From positions 9,672,001 through 9,736,000 of the forward strand of contig NC_092671.1 in the NCBI RefSeq assembly GCF_964355755.1: a stretch of 64,000 nucleotides of DNA. Reading direction: 5' to 3'. The stretch is from Antedon mediterranea. Its lineage: Eukaryota > Animalia > Echinodermata. Under the pieces are notes generated by a model. That model ran no database searches. It was given only the letters and a program-made list of their open reading frames with translations, and was not told the origin of the DNA. The translations under genes and the position numbers were made by a program. Within the stretch, counting starts at the first letter, position 1. The number at the start of each line of letters is the position of its first letter. Shown piece by piece: positions 37,131 to 49,807 of this stretch.

Positions 37131-37461
37131 GTTTTTTATAGAAAGTTGAGTGGCCGAATGTGTGGAACAAAATGAAATAAATGATGCAATATGCAGCAAA
37201 TGTGGGCCAGGCCTACAGTTAGTCCAGCTAGACGAAGCAGACACGTTGAAGAACAACAGCAAGAGGCCCTTTAAAAAGACAGGAGCCCTCAACGACCGAA
37301 TTGCCGGTACAGTTTTCTGAAAGTGTACAAATGTTTTTAAAATATTACATAAAATAAATTTAAAAACGTATCTAAACAACAATGAAATAAATATAATAAT
37401 GTTATACAACTTTATTAAAAAAAAAAATATGTGACAGGAATGCTAAAGAAAAAAAATCACC

Positions 37462-37534
37462 TGGCCGATATGGGGCTCGAACCCATGACATTCGCGTTAT
37501 TAGCACGACGCTCTGCCGACTGAGCTAACCGGCC
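37462..37534 (-). tRNA. tRNA-Ile (anticodon AAT)
   Basis: GGCCGGTTAGCTCAGTCGGCAGAGCGTCGTGCTAATAACGCGAATGTCATGGGTTCGAGCCCCATATCGGCCA: 73 nt, complete cloverleaf, intact A and B boxes, followed by a T-run Pol III terminator. Confidence 0.92.
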
Positions 37535-38698
37535 TTGGCATGCTGAAAGCCATTACAAATGATACTTTACACTTTACTCTCTGTATATTCTTTTCTCGCC
37601 AGCTATTTTAAAGTTGTCAAAATCATAGTTGTTTCAAGCGGATAGTGAAAATGTAGAATGTATCAAATATTGTGTCATCAAACACCTGTACAGCAGAAAA
37701 CCAGACTATATGTTACATTTTTGGTCCAGACTTTGGTCCGAGGGCGCTAGACCCACGTGTAAGAACATTAATTTTTCAAAACGTATAGAGGGCGCTAAAC
37801 AACCTTTTGATATATTATTTTTCAACAGAATATCAAATATTTAAGATTTTTTTTTACATTACACCACTGTGTGGATCTAAACCACTCCACACCCACAACC
37901 AACCCTTGCCCAGTTCCCTGCCTCATCTATTATTAGTAGACTATATACATCTGTAATGTCTACTGGTTAATATCCTAGATAAGACCGTCTTTTTTATGAT
38001 GGATTCGCAAACATTTAGCGGTGCAGCACATTCACGATATTTAAAAACCCAAAGATAAATATATCTCAGATATGAACAGATGTTATTATTAGTTTTGCTG
38101 GTAGATACTTAACTGACATATCAGTGGTTATGGCGACCGTATTGAGCACCTGCAGCAGGTCGATTTAGAGGTATGTAAAAGTATAAACTCCAAGAGCTGT
38201 AGTGATCACTAGTTGGGGACCCCAATATACACCTACCCGATATAGATTTAAAATCACAATCAGTGAGGCATTCTTATAAATAATATTGTTGTCCTATTTA
38301 CTGTTTCTTTATTTAGGTTCACTCCACCACTCTTTAGAACATCAGGCATTACCTACACCAGGTAACATTCCTATTAGAGTCGTGGTGTTTTGTTGGTTGT
38401 GTCTTTCCATATTTACTTGTGTCTACAAGACAAAACTGTATTATTAACATGTTTCATAATTTATCTATCAATATGAGATATTTTGTAGAATCTTCCTTTT
38501 CAGTAAAATTATATATATAATTAAATCATCTTTAAATAAATACCTTTTCCTACATTACGGTATTATTGTGCACATATGCCACTAGTTTAGAACCATTTTA
38601 TGGATGAGAGACTAATCGTGACACTTTCTTTGTCAACCTTTGCGCTGAAGCCCACACCCGCTAATTATTAACGTACAATAATCACCTCTTCTTCAGGT

Positions 38699-40055
38699 AT
38701 GTCTAGTACTGTGGACAGAGATTCAGCACTATCGATGAGACACTTATTAATGTTCATTATCTCAGTGGGATCGTGCTTATCTGAAGAGAGCAGCAATCCT
38801 CTCGTTGATTGTCCGGTATTGAGATATGCAGACGGCTGCAGTGTCCCTAAACATTTACCAGCACCGTATAAAGACACATTTCAACCAGCGTGCAACCGTC
38901 ACGATTTGTGTTACAAATGCGTAAGTTGACGTTAAAATGTTTAAATAGTACTTGCATCGGTTAGCCAGTGTGGTCCCGGTCCAAGTCCTCTGTTTCTACA
39001 TTCCCAATATGGTATAAGCCCGTACAGCAAGAACAGTGAATTACGGTATGCCTAATATACAGTATTTCAAATGCTAGTAAAAGATGGTACCGTAGGCCTA
39101 TAATCACACTGTGATTTTTCAAATTTCATAAATAACGGCACACTTTTTTTTCTCAGTCCCTGACATGATCCATGCATCGTGTTCAGTTCAAACAATTATA
39201 CGGTTGCAGAGTCATATTTATTATACGGTTGTACGTGTACACAACGTAACGCAAGGACGCAAACGCAACGCAAGCGTTTTAACCAATAACAAGCGAAGTT
39301 ATAGACAGTTAGCAATCACAAGCGAATAAGCCACCGCTTGTGATTAGTCAATTCACTTGCGTTGCGTTACGTCCTCGTGTTGCGTCACCAGTGGGAACCA
39401 CGCTTAAGCTTGGTTCCCACTAGAACGTAACGCAACGACGTAGACGCAACGCAAGCGTTATAACCAATGACAAGCGAAGTTATAGACAGTTAGCAATCAC
39501 AAGCGAATAAGCCACCGCTTGTGATTGGTCAATTCACTTGCGTTACGTCCTTGTGTTGCGTCGCTAGTGGGAACCACGCTTAATTCGCCATGTTGGCCTA
39601 CACATATCCTATAGTTAAAAGTATAATTTCAACCTTTTTTAAAGGGTCAACAATACGGATGGGATAGGCAAATATGCGACAAGGAATTCTACCTGGATAT
39701 GCAGAAGTTCTGTGACGATACCACCCTACCAACTATCTGCCATTTAAACGCAGCCATATACTACGAAGCAGTGAAGCTTCTTGGCGGATCATCCTACTCT
39801 AGCCTATCTCCTGAACTCTGCCAGAATCCATGCGTAATTCCCTACGCAAAACCCGTATCATTCGTCTCTCACTCTGTGGTTGAACACCGGGTAGATGCAG
39901 TTCTCCAAAAGTGGGAATTGAATAAAAATCACGTGCATAAACTAACGATGAGTTTTCGTAATGTAACCAATCAAACAGAAACACCGAGTGACGTAGCTTC
40001 ACGGGTTTTAACAGACATACTGACGAACAAGCGACTGAAATCTGTAGACGTGTAA
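38699..40055 (+). CDS. Secreted phospholipase A2, conodipine-like (prokaryote/fungal-type sPLA2 fold), 2 coding exons
   Basis: Exon 38699-38920 gives a signal peptide (MRHLLMFIISVGSCLS; the true start may be the second Met), DGCSVP and the catalytic FQPACNRHDLCYKC|gtaagt. Exon 39645-40055 continues in frame with GQQYGWDRQICDKEFYLDMQKFC...CHLNAAIYYEAVKLLG. Confidence 0.88.
39230..39583. mobile_element. Two head-to-tail MITE copies (TIR agcttggttcccactag), Harbinger-like
   Basis: 39404-39583 runs ttaagcttggttcccactag...ctagtgggaaccacgcttaa. A second copy lacking its left TIR lies directly upstream. Further copies at 45794-45958 and ~56633-56800. Confidence 0.85.
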
Positions 40056-40738
40056 ACAATAGTAAACGATATACCCATATTTATTTTTATTTATTTTGCC
40101 CATAAGCTGTTTACATTCCTATAAATCCAAAAAGACAAGCATCTGAGCTAGAGAGTACAACAATTAAATTAACCAATACAAAATATGCCGAAATATTAAG
40201 TTCTAAATGTAACAATTACTATCCACAATAAAATTTTAACTGGTAAATTATTGAAAAAACTGATACAGTACCGTAATTTAATATTTATCCACTATAATCG
40301 GTCTTTATACGACAAAAATTGAAGGCTATAGCATCGATGGTGTCAAAATAATAGTATATTCAATAAACTAAGATACATTATTAGTGAAGTTTTGTTATTT
40401 CTTTACTACTAATTCAAATTTCGGAAAACATGGTGCCAACAAAAACACACATTACACACCAGAGTCAAACTAAACCCGGAGCAGCAGGCTAATTTTATAA
40501 TAAGCCCACAATTCCTATTTCTGCGTGTGTCAAATTGTTCATAGAAAGATTTTCTTTTGTTTCAAACTATTTTTCGGATGAGTAGGTACGGTAACATTAC
40601 TGGATGATCATTCCATGGAGTGATAACCATTGTCTAATCTAGCGTTAATCGATATTGGTAAATCTGTACCTCTATTGTATTATATCGATTACCAACCAGG
40701 GGTATAGGGAACAGGCTACGTAGACTACATCAAAACAA

Positions 40739-43700
40739 ATGGAATTAAATATGGATAACTCTGGGTTTCCATCTGAAAGCCAAACTCCTCGTCGAGTCAC
40801 GTTTTCGCGTAACGAAGAAGTTGTCAAGCAAGATAACGTACTGTTTGACATTACGGATCCCCAGCCGAGACCCTCTGACGTTTCATACGTAACCGTTAGC
40901 TTAAGTGACAACGAAGGCCCATCTCCCCACAACGATGGAGGAACCCGTGTCATCAACACAAAGAACGCTGTTCCCGGTGGACATCATGTGGATACGACGG
41001 TAGAAAAATCTGCCCAGCTCTCAAGCGTATATGAAAGCTTCCTTTCGAGGGTGGGATTTGGAAAGTTCCATCTTGTTTTACTGGTTGTTGTTGGATTGTG
41101 TTTGTTTTATTGTGGGTTATGGATGGTAGTAGTCGGATACTATGTACCTGATATTGTGAGAGATCTGTGCCTAACGGAAAATGACACTGGGTGGCTACGT
41201 AAGTAATAATAATTATCATTTTATACAGTAAGTAACTCAACAGAAATTGAAATATAAATGTATTTCTTTTATAATTAGTCTTAAAAGTTCAAGGAATAGT
41301 GATGAATTATAGGATTGTAGACCTACAGTACTCATGTGATTGATTATGTACACTAAAACGATTAGCTTAATGATATAAATATCTAAATACTCCATGGTTA
41401 AGACATGATATAATAACATTGGCCTATTCCTGCAATACTACTAAGAAAGCATTTAATGGACCAAATGTTAAAAAAATAACGTATGTAGAATCACTCATTT
41501 AGTACACCCCTTCAGGAGACACCATGGACGTATAGTACTAAAGTCCATGGAGGCACTCATTTTAAGGAACTATGTTATAATGCAATTTCATAATATAGAG
41601 GGTAGGATAAGTTTCAACAAATTAATAGTTTATTTTATACCTCATCTATAATTCTATTATTTATATAGGTGGGAGTATATTTGTGGGACCTCTGACATCA
41701 GCGATTGTGTGGGGATGTGCATCCGATTTGTCTGGACGCAAGCCCATACTGGTTACATCTTTGGTTGTTGCCGGTATTTTTGGTCTTCTAAGCTCGGTTG
41801 TCGAATCTTACGGTGCTATGGTGTTCTCGTTAGTACTATGTGGAATCGGGTAAGTTTAGTACGAAAACTCGTATACAGAATGGCAATCATGTTGATGATT
41901 ATTATGAAGATAATTGCATTAAAATCTGTATTAATGGACGCCTTCGGGACCTAACAAATATTTTGAATGGATGGGTTGATTCCTTATACATTATTTTGCT
42001 TTTCATACGTTTAAGTATTCCATTAATTGGAGTGAAAGTGTCCTGAATAAGGTGTGTCTCGAAGATGGTCCTACCAGGGAAGAGTTAAATTAAGAGTTAA
42101 TTTAATTCTTCCCTGCTCCTACTGTATAATTATTAACAAATCTTCTGTCCCAATTAATGGGATACTTAAGGATGATACATACAATAATGTGGTAATGTTA
42201 ATGTGGTTTAGAATAATATTAATTTCTTGTATGTATATTGTAATGATGTAACAAAATGAATAAGAATCGTTTCTATTTACTTACTTACTTTACTTACAGA
42301 CTTGGCGGTGTTATTCCAGTTTCTATTGTCTACTATTATGAATTCCTGCCAAAGAGTTTTCGTCTCAGACATTCTGTGGTACCAGTTATCTTTATTGTGT
42401 TGGGCAGTTTATTTGTTCCACTAATAACTACTGGGTTAGCGTCATACGAAGTCAGTACGTATTGATATGTAGGATTAATAAAGAAGAAATCCATTTCTTT
42501 TTATATATTGCATGACTATTATATTGTTTAAAGGTTTGCATGGCAAAATAAAAAAGTTGATATAAAGATTGCGGTGCACCACGTATATTAGTTCTGAAAA
42601 GAACTATCGAGTTTCTCGACGTTTCGATCAATATGCTTTGATCGTCCTCTCTCAATGAAATTAATATTTTGATATGGAATTTAAATTCAAAATAGGACTG
42701 TGCTGGAAATCACTTTCGTGCACGGCTCATCCGAGATTTTTTTGTAAACAAAAAAAAAACAACGCCGCATTAAGTAGGCCTATACAAAGGTGACTTTTGT
42801 ACTGTTTTTGTCTTTCTTACAGCAATTCACTATTACGATAACAAGCCATTCGAAGCCTGGAGGATTTCTCTGATTCTGTTTTCTCTTATGTGTGTCTGTC
42901 TGGCTGGTGTTGTTTTCTTTGTCTTACCAGAAAGCCCAAGGATTCTAATACAGGTTAGAAACCAGACAGACACTTATATTTACAGGGGATAGATGAGTAT
43001 CCAAGCTAGAAATGAATTGGCCTAATTTTGCTTTGTTTTAAAGGCTGTTCCTTTTTAAGCGAGTCCTTCCGAAGAATCTCTGGGTGACCTATGATTTATC
43101 TTTTTCAAATATTGCAGTAAAATCTTACACTACTATAGTAATATCGAATTGATTGACCTCCAAACCAAATCCTACACACAACGCACCACAAAGGTCTCCT
43201 TTTTATAATTAAATAGGACAATTTCTGAATTTATTTATATTAAAAGCAAATAAATAAATAATATTATTGCTGTATTTACAGGGCGGTATGTGGATGGAGT
43301 GTGTCGATATATTGGCGAAAATTCATAAATGGCACAAAGGAAAAACAGGCAATGACCTATTTAGACAAGAGGTATTAACAAGACGAACACATTTTGTTTG
43401 TCGTCATTGATATTATGAAGTGAAGTATCATAGGAATAATTGGTAATACAGCATCTCATTTATATCACATGTGGAGCCTGTATCGTGTTAGATTAAGGGT
43501 TGGGTTACTACTATATACATGGGTAACACATGTGATGTTGTATTACCAATATTCCTATGATACTTTGGAAATAGATACAGTACAGAGAATCGGCTGATAA
43601 TCCGCACCATTCAATTCGACGTTTATAGCAGACGTCGAGCGCTGCGATTGGTTTTCAGTTTACCGCCGCCACTGGCTTAACATTCACTTTTATTATAGCA

Positions 43701-46700
43701 TCCCTTCTATACTATATTTTTGTATTTGTGTTTTACTAACTCGTTGTGTATTTTTAGATGAACGAGTCTGATTTACGTCGTCTTGCACCATCCTTGCCGT
43801 CAGTGGACTCAAAGGCAAATGAAACTTACATACAAAAGTGTGTTAACTGGATGAAGAAAGTAAGTCCAATTTGATAACTAACCGGGTCAGTTTTATCGAC
43901 TATACTTTTTACTGAAAGAATAAAATCCATGAAAACGAGACCTATCTCTATACCATAGACAAACACTGTTATCCGATTTATGCCATCTCTAGATATCTAT
44001 AATAATTACCAACACTTTCATTTCGTTTAGTAATGTGTATTCTTGTTTTGAATATTAGAGGAAAATGGTGAATAAAGGTGGCGTTATACTTCGAAGCGAA
44101 GATCGGACGCAGGGATCGGACGCGATTGAGATGAAAGCTTTTAAATAGACCTTATCAAGATTTAAAATAATGTTAATTTATGTTACATTATTATATCATT
44201 GTAGATTATATCAAAATTAGGAAAGGTATTAACTCAGCCTCTCTCACAGTACACGAACCCGTTGGTTATTTGTGTTTTCTGTTTCTCGTTCGGGTGAGTA
44301 AACATTCTTAAATTTTGAAAAATTGGTATTGAATTGAACATTGCCATGGTCAGAAGAGAGCCATCACTTGAGGCCATTGTTTGTGACCTATGTTTTAATA
44401 TTGATTATTGTCATTGCAATTTAGATTTATTGGTTGGACGTTATGGTTCCCAGTGGCAATCAACTCCTTACAAACTGACGTCTACCAAGAAAACCAGCAG
44501 ATTTCAAAATACAATAATCTGAGTGACGATGCCTATCCGAACGACATCAGTATACATCGTTTTGAATACGTCACATTCAACAACGTAACGTTTAACAACT
44601 TACTGATCAGTGATACAGAGTTCTATCGCTGTACCTTCGAAGATTGTACGTTCTACAATATCCTGTCGACAACGACGATTTTCAACCGCTCTACTCTTAT
44701 CAACACTCTCTTTGAGAGAACGGACTTTCAAGATCATAATTTTATAGACACGGAGAATCGAGTGTTTCTAGACACCCGGGGGTGTAGCTCAGTAGTCTCA
44801 TTTGCCCCTACAGAGGCCTATTGGAAAATGTTTGCGGGCGCTCTATGTGGGGTCGTCAGCGTCGGAATAGGAATTGGTGTTTTGGAATTACTTGGTCCAA
44901 AGTTTCTACTTGGTAAGACTTGGTAAAAAAAACGAAACAAAATGTTCTTGTCATGATTATGGTGGTGGTTGTAGTGTGACGATGATGACAGCATCGATGA
45001 AAATAATGGTGGTGGTGGTATTGATAGACGTAATGAACAGACGAAGTAAAGATATATTGTCCCCTAAAAAATATTTTTTAAAGTTTTTTTTATATGCCAT
45101 TTTAATATCACATTATAGTTATGCACTTTGACAAAAAACTGGACCAACAAAAAATTATTTACCTGAAAAAAATGTAATTAAAAGCAAAAAATACTTAAAA
45201 TAGTTTTTTGTTAAAATTAAACGTTTCTTTTGTCTTTTTATAAGTGAAGTAATTTTAATTTTTTTTTAAAGAATAAATAACTTTATTAAAACTGCAAAAT
45301 GGTCTATTTAAAGTCTGATTTTATAAATCTTCATTTTTCATGTTTTCGGGGAACAATACATCTTTAATATAATGATAAACGAACGACGTTCAAACGGAAC
45401 ATAAGAAACGTATAAGAAATAAAACTAAAATATTTTTTCAATATTGTTATAGTTATTGTATCAGGGTTAACATCGATTGTAGTGTGCTTTGCATGGACAG
45501 CTAACAGTGTGGGTGCTGGTGCTACACTTAATGCCTTCTTCCAGTTATTTGCAACACCCGGATGGTGCGTGCTCGTTGCGCTCACGACTGCGTATTTTCC
45601 AACAAGTAACAGGTAAAGCGTAGTGAAAATAAAATCAATCAATAAAGCAAATTTGATCACAAATATGACATAATTTTACATAATTTTGACATAAATATTT
45701 TAAAAAAAACAAATATGTATAGTGCTGAAGAGTATAGACATGTATGCCGTCCAGAGTAATTGTATATTGGCCTAGTGTTTTTCGTGCCGCTCCTTTAAGC
45801 TTGGTTCCCACTAGGACGCACCGCAAGGACGTAGACGCAACACAAGCGAGTTGACCAATCACACGCGATTGTTCGAAAAATCTATCTCTTGTGATTGGTT
45901 AAATCACTTTGCGTTGCGTTACGTGCTTACGTTGCGTCCTAGTGGGAACCTAGCTTAATTTGGGTTTATTTACCACTGTATGCAAAATCTCAATGCGCTT
46001 ACCATTGTTATTAATATTATGCTGTAGGTATACGTTATCACTAACCAGGATCCGATGGGTGTAGGCCTAGTGTTTAAAAATTAAAAAACAAGAAAAAACG
46101 TTTCGGGATTCCGTACGAACCTAGAGTCCGGAGTCTTCTCCGTTCACAGACCGAATCCGGGCCCAGTGCGTAGAGTGGTTTAGGCTACGTGCCATATCGA
46201 TCCCCAGTCCAAAACCTGATTGCTCAAATATAATGGTGTGATGATATAATCAGTACGCCAGTTCAAAAAGATTCTGCTTTATTTGATTTTGTTTACCTTT
46301 GTTGAATACCTGTCTCTATCCTGGTGGTCTGTCTATACACATGTTTCAAGTTTATTAAACAAAGTTTAACCAAGGCAGTTGTTAGTTAGAGTGCCTGGTT
46401 TAACGCAAATATTACGTCCAGTATAGACAGGGTAGCTGTTATGCAGCAGCATTTAATAATAATAGAAAATAAACTTAATATCGGAAATGGTGTTAGCTGG
46501 TTATCAGTAACTCACCGCCATAATAGTCTCCGTGTGGTGATATATGAGGTAGAGATAAAGATAATCGTTGTTTTATTTTCACTTCAAGATGTATTTAACA
46601 GGAAAGAATGTAAACAGTAAACACGAAGCAGCTATCACCATTTTGTGGTCGTTTTAAGCGCGTGTCACTGCCACAAGATTTTCATTAAGCCCTGTCTACA

Positions 46701-46998
46701 CTATGAAACTAGTTTGACAAAAGTTTGATAGTGTAGGCCTAGACATAGCTTTAGAAATATGAAATTGTTTCCTATAATTTTGTTATAAATAATATTTTAA
46801 AGGGGATCGGCTGCTGGACTAATGGTTACCGTCGCAACAGCGGGCGGACTGATTGGCATAGGCATCATGGGAAGTCTTTCGTTTGATGTTAGTGAAGCAT
46901 TACGGATTATTTTAACAGTTCTTTTGCTGATCGTTACAATAGTTGTAACTTTTATGAAGATTGTAGATCCACGAGAAATCATGACTTCGACCTTCTAA
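40739..46998 (+). CDS. Synaptic vesicle glycoprotein 2 (SV2)-like MFS transporter, ~10 coding exons
   Basis: Approximate exons: 40739-41198, 41669-41849, 42300-42450, 42823-42953, 43282-43351, 43758-43859, 44205-44294, 44424-44911, 45463-45612, 46803-46998. Motifs include GFGKFH, WGCASDLSGRKP, YYYEFLP and LPESPR, plus a luminal pentapeptide-repeat domain (VTFNNVTFNN...EFYRCTFEDCTF...LFERTDF). It ends VDPREIMTSTF*. Confidence 0.9.
45047..45367. mobile_element. MITE with TIR taaagat(a/g)tattgtcccc, TTAA-type ends (Kolobok-like)
   Basis: taaagatatattgtcccc...ggggaacaatacatctttaa. Related copies lie at ~27198-27520 (inverted) and ~35170-35300. Confidence 0.75.
45794..45958. mobile_element. MITE copy (TIR agcttggttcccactagg)
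   Basis: ttaagcttggttcccactaggacgca...tgcgtcctagtgggaacctagcttaa; a quasi-palindromic element. Confidence 0.85.
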
Positions 46999-47974
46999 TA
47001 ATGCAGAGTGTTTGGGATTGGAGCAACGACTCTCTCTCGACTTGAACCAAGTGCCATGGAAAGTTAACTGATAACCAGAAGAGGATTCCTTTACGAGACA
47101 CCACATCCATTTTGTGTGTCAATTAAACCAGTAGAACCCATCCTTTGAGACACCCCTATTCAGGGGACACCCTTTCCTGTTACACGTGGGCAGTATGTTT
47201 AACACTGTGGTCAATCCATTCAAGGAACACTTGATTGGTCCTGGTTGTCTCCCCTTATATAGGGAATTAGATTAAGAGAACAATAAGTAATGGTCACACA
47301 ATATTACGAAGATGGCCTATTTTATTGATAATCTCTAGTATAAGATGTCGACAGGGTAAATATTTAAATTCTAAAATGTAACCGTTTAAATTAATGAAAA
47401 TAAGTATATAGTTTAGAATAGATTTGAATTTATATAACATACTTGAATATTAGCTTAGGATGGATACTTGTAAGAATATTTAAATTGCTGGATTATTTTA
47501 TTGTCAAATTAAAGTGTATTTTAATTACTACATGGATTATAACTATAACTTGCCGTGGCGCCCTCATCGTCACTTTATTACAAACTTTAAAATGAAACTT
47601 CAAAATTGTTGAAGAGAAAGCGGAAATAAAGTTGAGTAATTTGTTACAAATAATAATTATGAATTAACTAAAATCACTCAGACAATGCTGGGAAATTATT
47701 ACAGAAAGATTACATTTAGAAAGTAAATGTGATAAAAGGATTTAGCATAATCTGGTTGGTATCGTAGGCCTATTTGTATGAATTGTCCATTATGCTTATG
47801 AATCATGACTTAGCTTAAAACTTAAAATATATCATTAGAAACAATGTTTTGAGTGATCAATTAAGTAATAAAATTATAATAATTAGTCGCATTAATCTGT
47901 GTGAGCATTATGTTGTGTATTATGTAGTGTATATATATATCATAAGTACGACACTAGATAATGATTAGGTAGAT

Positions 47975-48407
47975 AGAATGGTGGTGACGGTTATGATTAG
48001 GATAATGACGATGATGATAAAGACGATGATGATGATGATGACGATGATGATGATGACGATGACGATGATGATGATGATTATGAAGTTGATGATATTGATG
48101 ATGATGATGATGACGATGATGATGATGACGATGATTATGGATGATGACGATGTTGATGACGACGATGATTATGAGTTGATGACGACGATGATGACGATAA
48201 AGAAGATGATGATGATGATCATGATAATGATGATGATGATGATGACGATGATGATGATGACGATGATTATGGATGATGACGATGATGATGACGACGATGA
48301 TTATGAGTTGACGACGATGATTATGAGTTGATGACGATGATGATGACGATAAAGAAGATGATGATGATGATGATGATGATGATGATAATGATGATAATGA
48401 CGATGAG

Positions 48408-48438
<31 letters not shown>

Positions 48439-48540
48439 ATGATGACGATGATAATGATCATGAAGATGGTGATGATAATGATCATGAAGATGATGATGAC
48501 GATGATTATGAAGATGATATTAATGATAATTGTGATAATA
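47975..48540. repeat. Degenerate (GAT/GAC)n trinucleotide low-complexity tract
   Basis: About 560 bp of gatgat/gacgat with an internal duplication, lying between the SV2-like and NtA genes. Confidence 0.9.
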
Positions 48541-49284
48541 CGACGCTTGATATTGATTAAGGGAACAATGAAGGAAGGATCACATAATATTACGAAAATT
48601 GCCTTTTTATTGATAATCTCAAGGTAAGATGTCGACATGGTAAATACTAAAATTCTAAAAATGCAACAGCTCTTTATCAACGTACCATTTCCTTAACGTC
48701 ACAAAGACAAGTATATTGTGGACATATCGTTTACTAATTCTAAGATTAGATTAACTAAACATGTTCTTAATTATCGAAATTAAATCTAATGTAATTTACG
48801 GAAGTATTGAATAACAAAAGTATTTACGGATCAATAAGTATATTCAGATCATCACATAGACTTATATGCTTTATACTAAAATAATCATAGAGCATTGTAG
48901 TATAGTTATGAAATTCAAAAAAGGTGTAAAGGTTGCAGGTTAAAAGTTGATGTAAGGCGCGCTGGTCATAATGAATAGCACATGTCCAAATTTTAAAAAG
49001 AAAAAATATTAGGAAAATGTGTATTGATGATTTAATATGATTTAGATATATTCTTCTTAAACGGTGTTTAATCCTATATAGTCCGATGAATGCTGGTATT
49101 TATATGTATACAAAGAATTATCTTGATAGACGAGCTAGTAAAACATTCGGGTTAAAAGGTCAAACTGGTATAAACCCTCGACTTTCTTTATTGACATTAT
49201 AGGACTGCTGCCAGTGTGTGATCGAAGGTGGACGAGTCTAGAGGTATTCTTTTTATTAACAGTATTCACCAGAACTTCGTCGTA

Positions 49285-49807
49285 ATGGGATCAGTCTCAG
49301 TGAAACTCAACTGGACGACTCGGTACTTAGGATCAGTTATTTTTCTATGTATTTTATTATTCGATGCGTTACATTTATCAATATGTTGTAAGGATATAAC
49401 TCGATATTGGCGACCGATGCCCATTGACGATAGGACAGAGTTAGCAAACATTGTCGCATCCGGTGTTGTAGTTCGAACATTCTATAATCAAGAAGACAAT
49501 CCGGAAAAAGTTTACGCAGCCGAAGTTTACTTTGATGAAATTTATAAAGGAATTAATCTAGTAAAGAATATTACGACGATAAATGGTGTACCGCCTACTT
49601 ATCGAGTTGAGGATTTTGGTCAAAAACGTTACTGTAAATCGCCCGTGGTACCCGGGGAGCATTATATTTTCTTTCTGAAGGTAGTCGCTAATACTGGGGG
49701 AGGGAAAGGTAAAGGGGAAAGCGTTCTCCACGCCCTGTATGACGATCCTACTGGAGCAGTTGCAGATTTTGATTATGCAACAGAAGCTATAGTACTAAGA
49801 ACCATAG
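49285..49807 (+). CDS. First coding exon of a secreted protein with an NtA (agrin N-terminal-like) domain; downstream exons not found in the window
   Basis: Acceptor at 49202, ATG at 49285, hydrophobic signal (YLGSVIFLCILLFDALHLSIC), then IDDRTELANIVASGVV...YAAEVYFDEIYKG...VEDFGQKRYCKSPVVPGEHYIFFL. This matches the agrin NtA pattern (ERREEEANVVLTGTV...YLKG...GFGDPLIC...GDTRIFF). It ends at a phase-1 G|GTAAGT donor. Confidence 0.8.

Noticed and set aside
37095-37409. 104-aa ORF as an N-terminal extension of DARS1
   Set aside because: The upstream part is AT-rich promoter/UTR-like sequence. The ATG at 37130 (aaaaacATG) is the plausible start, followed by a GTGAG donor.
47978-48680. Poly-Met/Asp/Ile ORFs, or a second poly-His gene on the minus strand
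   Set aside because: A simple (GAT)n tract that shifts register repeatedly, with no signal peptide, splice context or fixed higher-order period, unlike the His array at 1030-4500.
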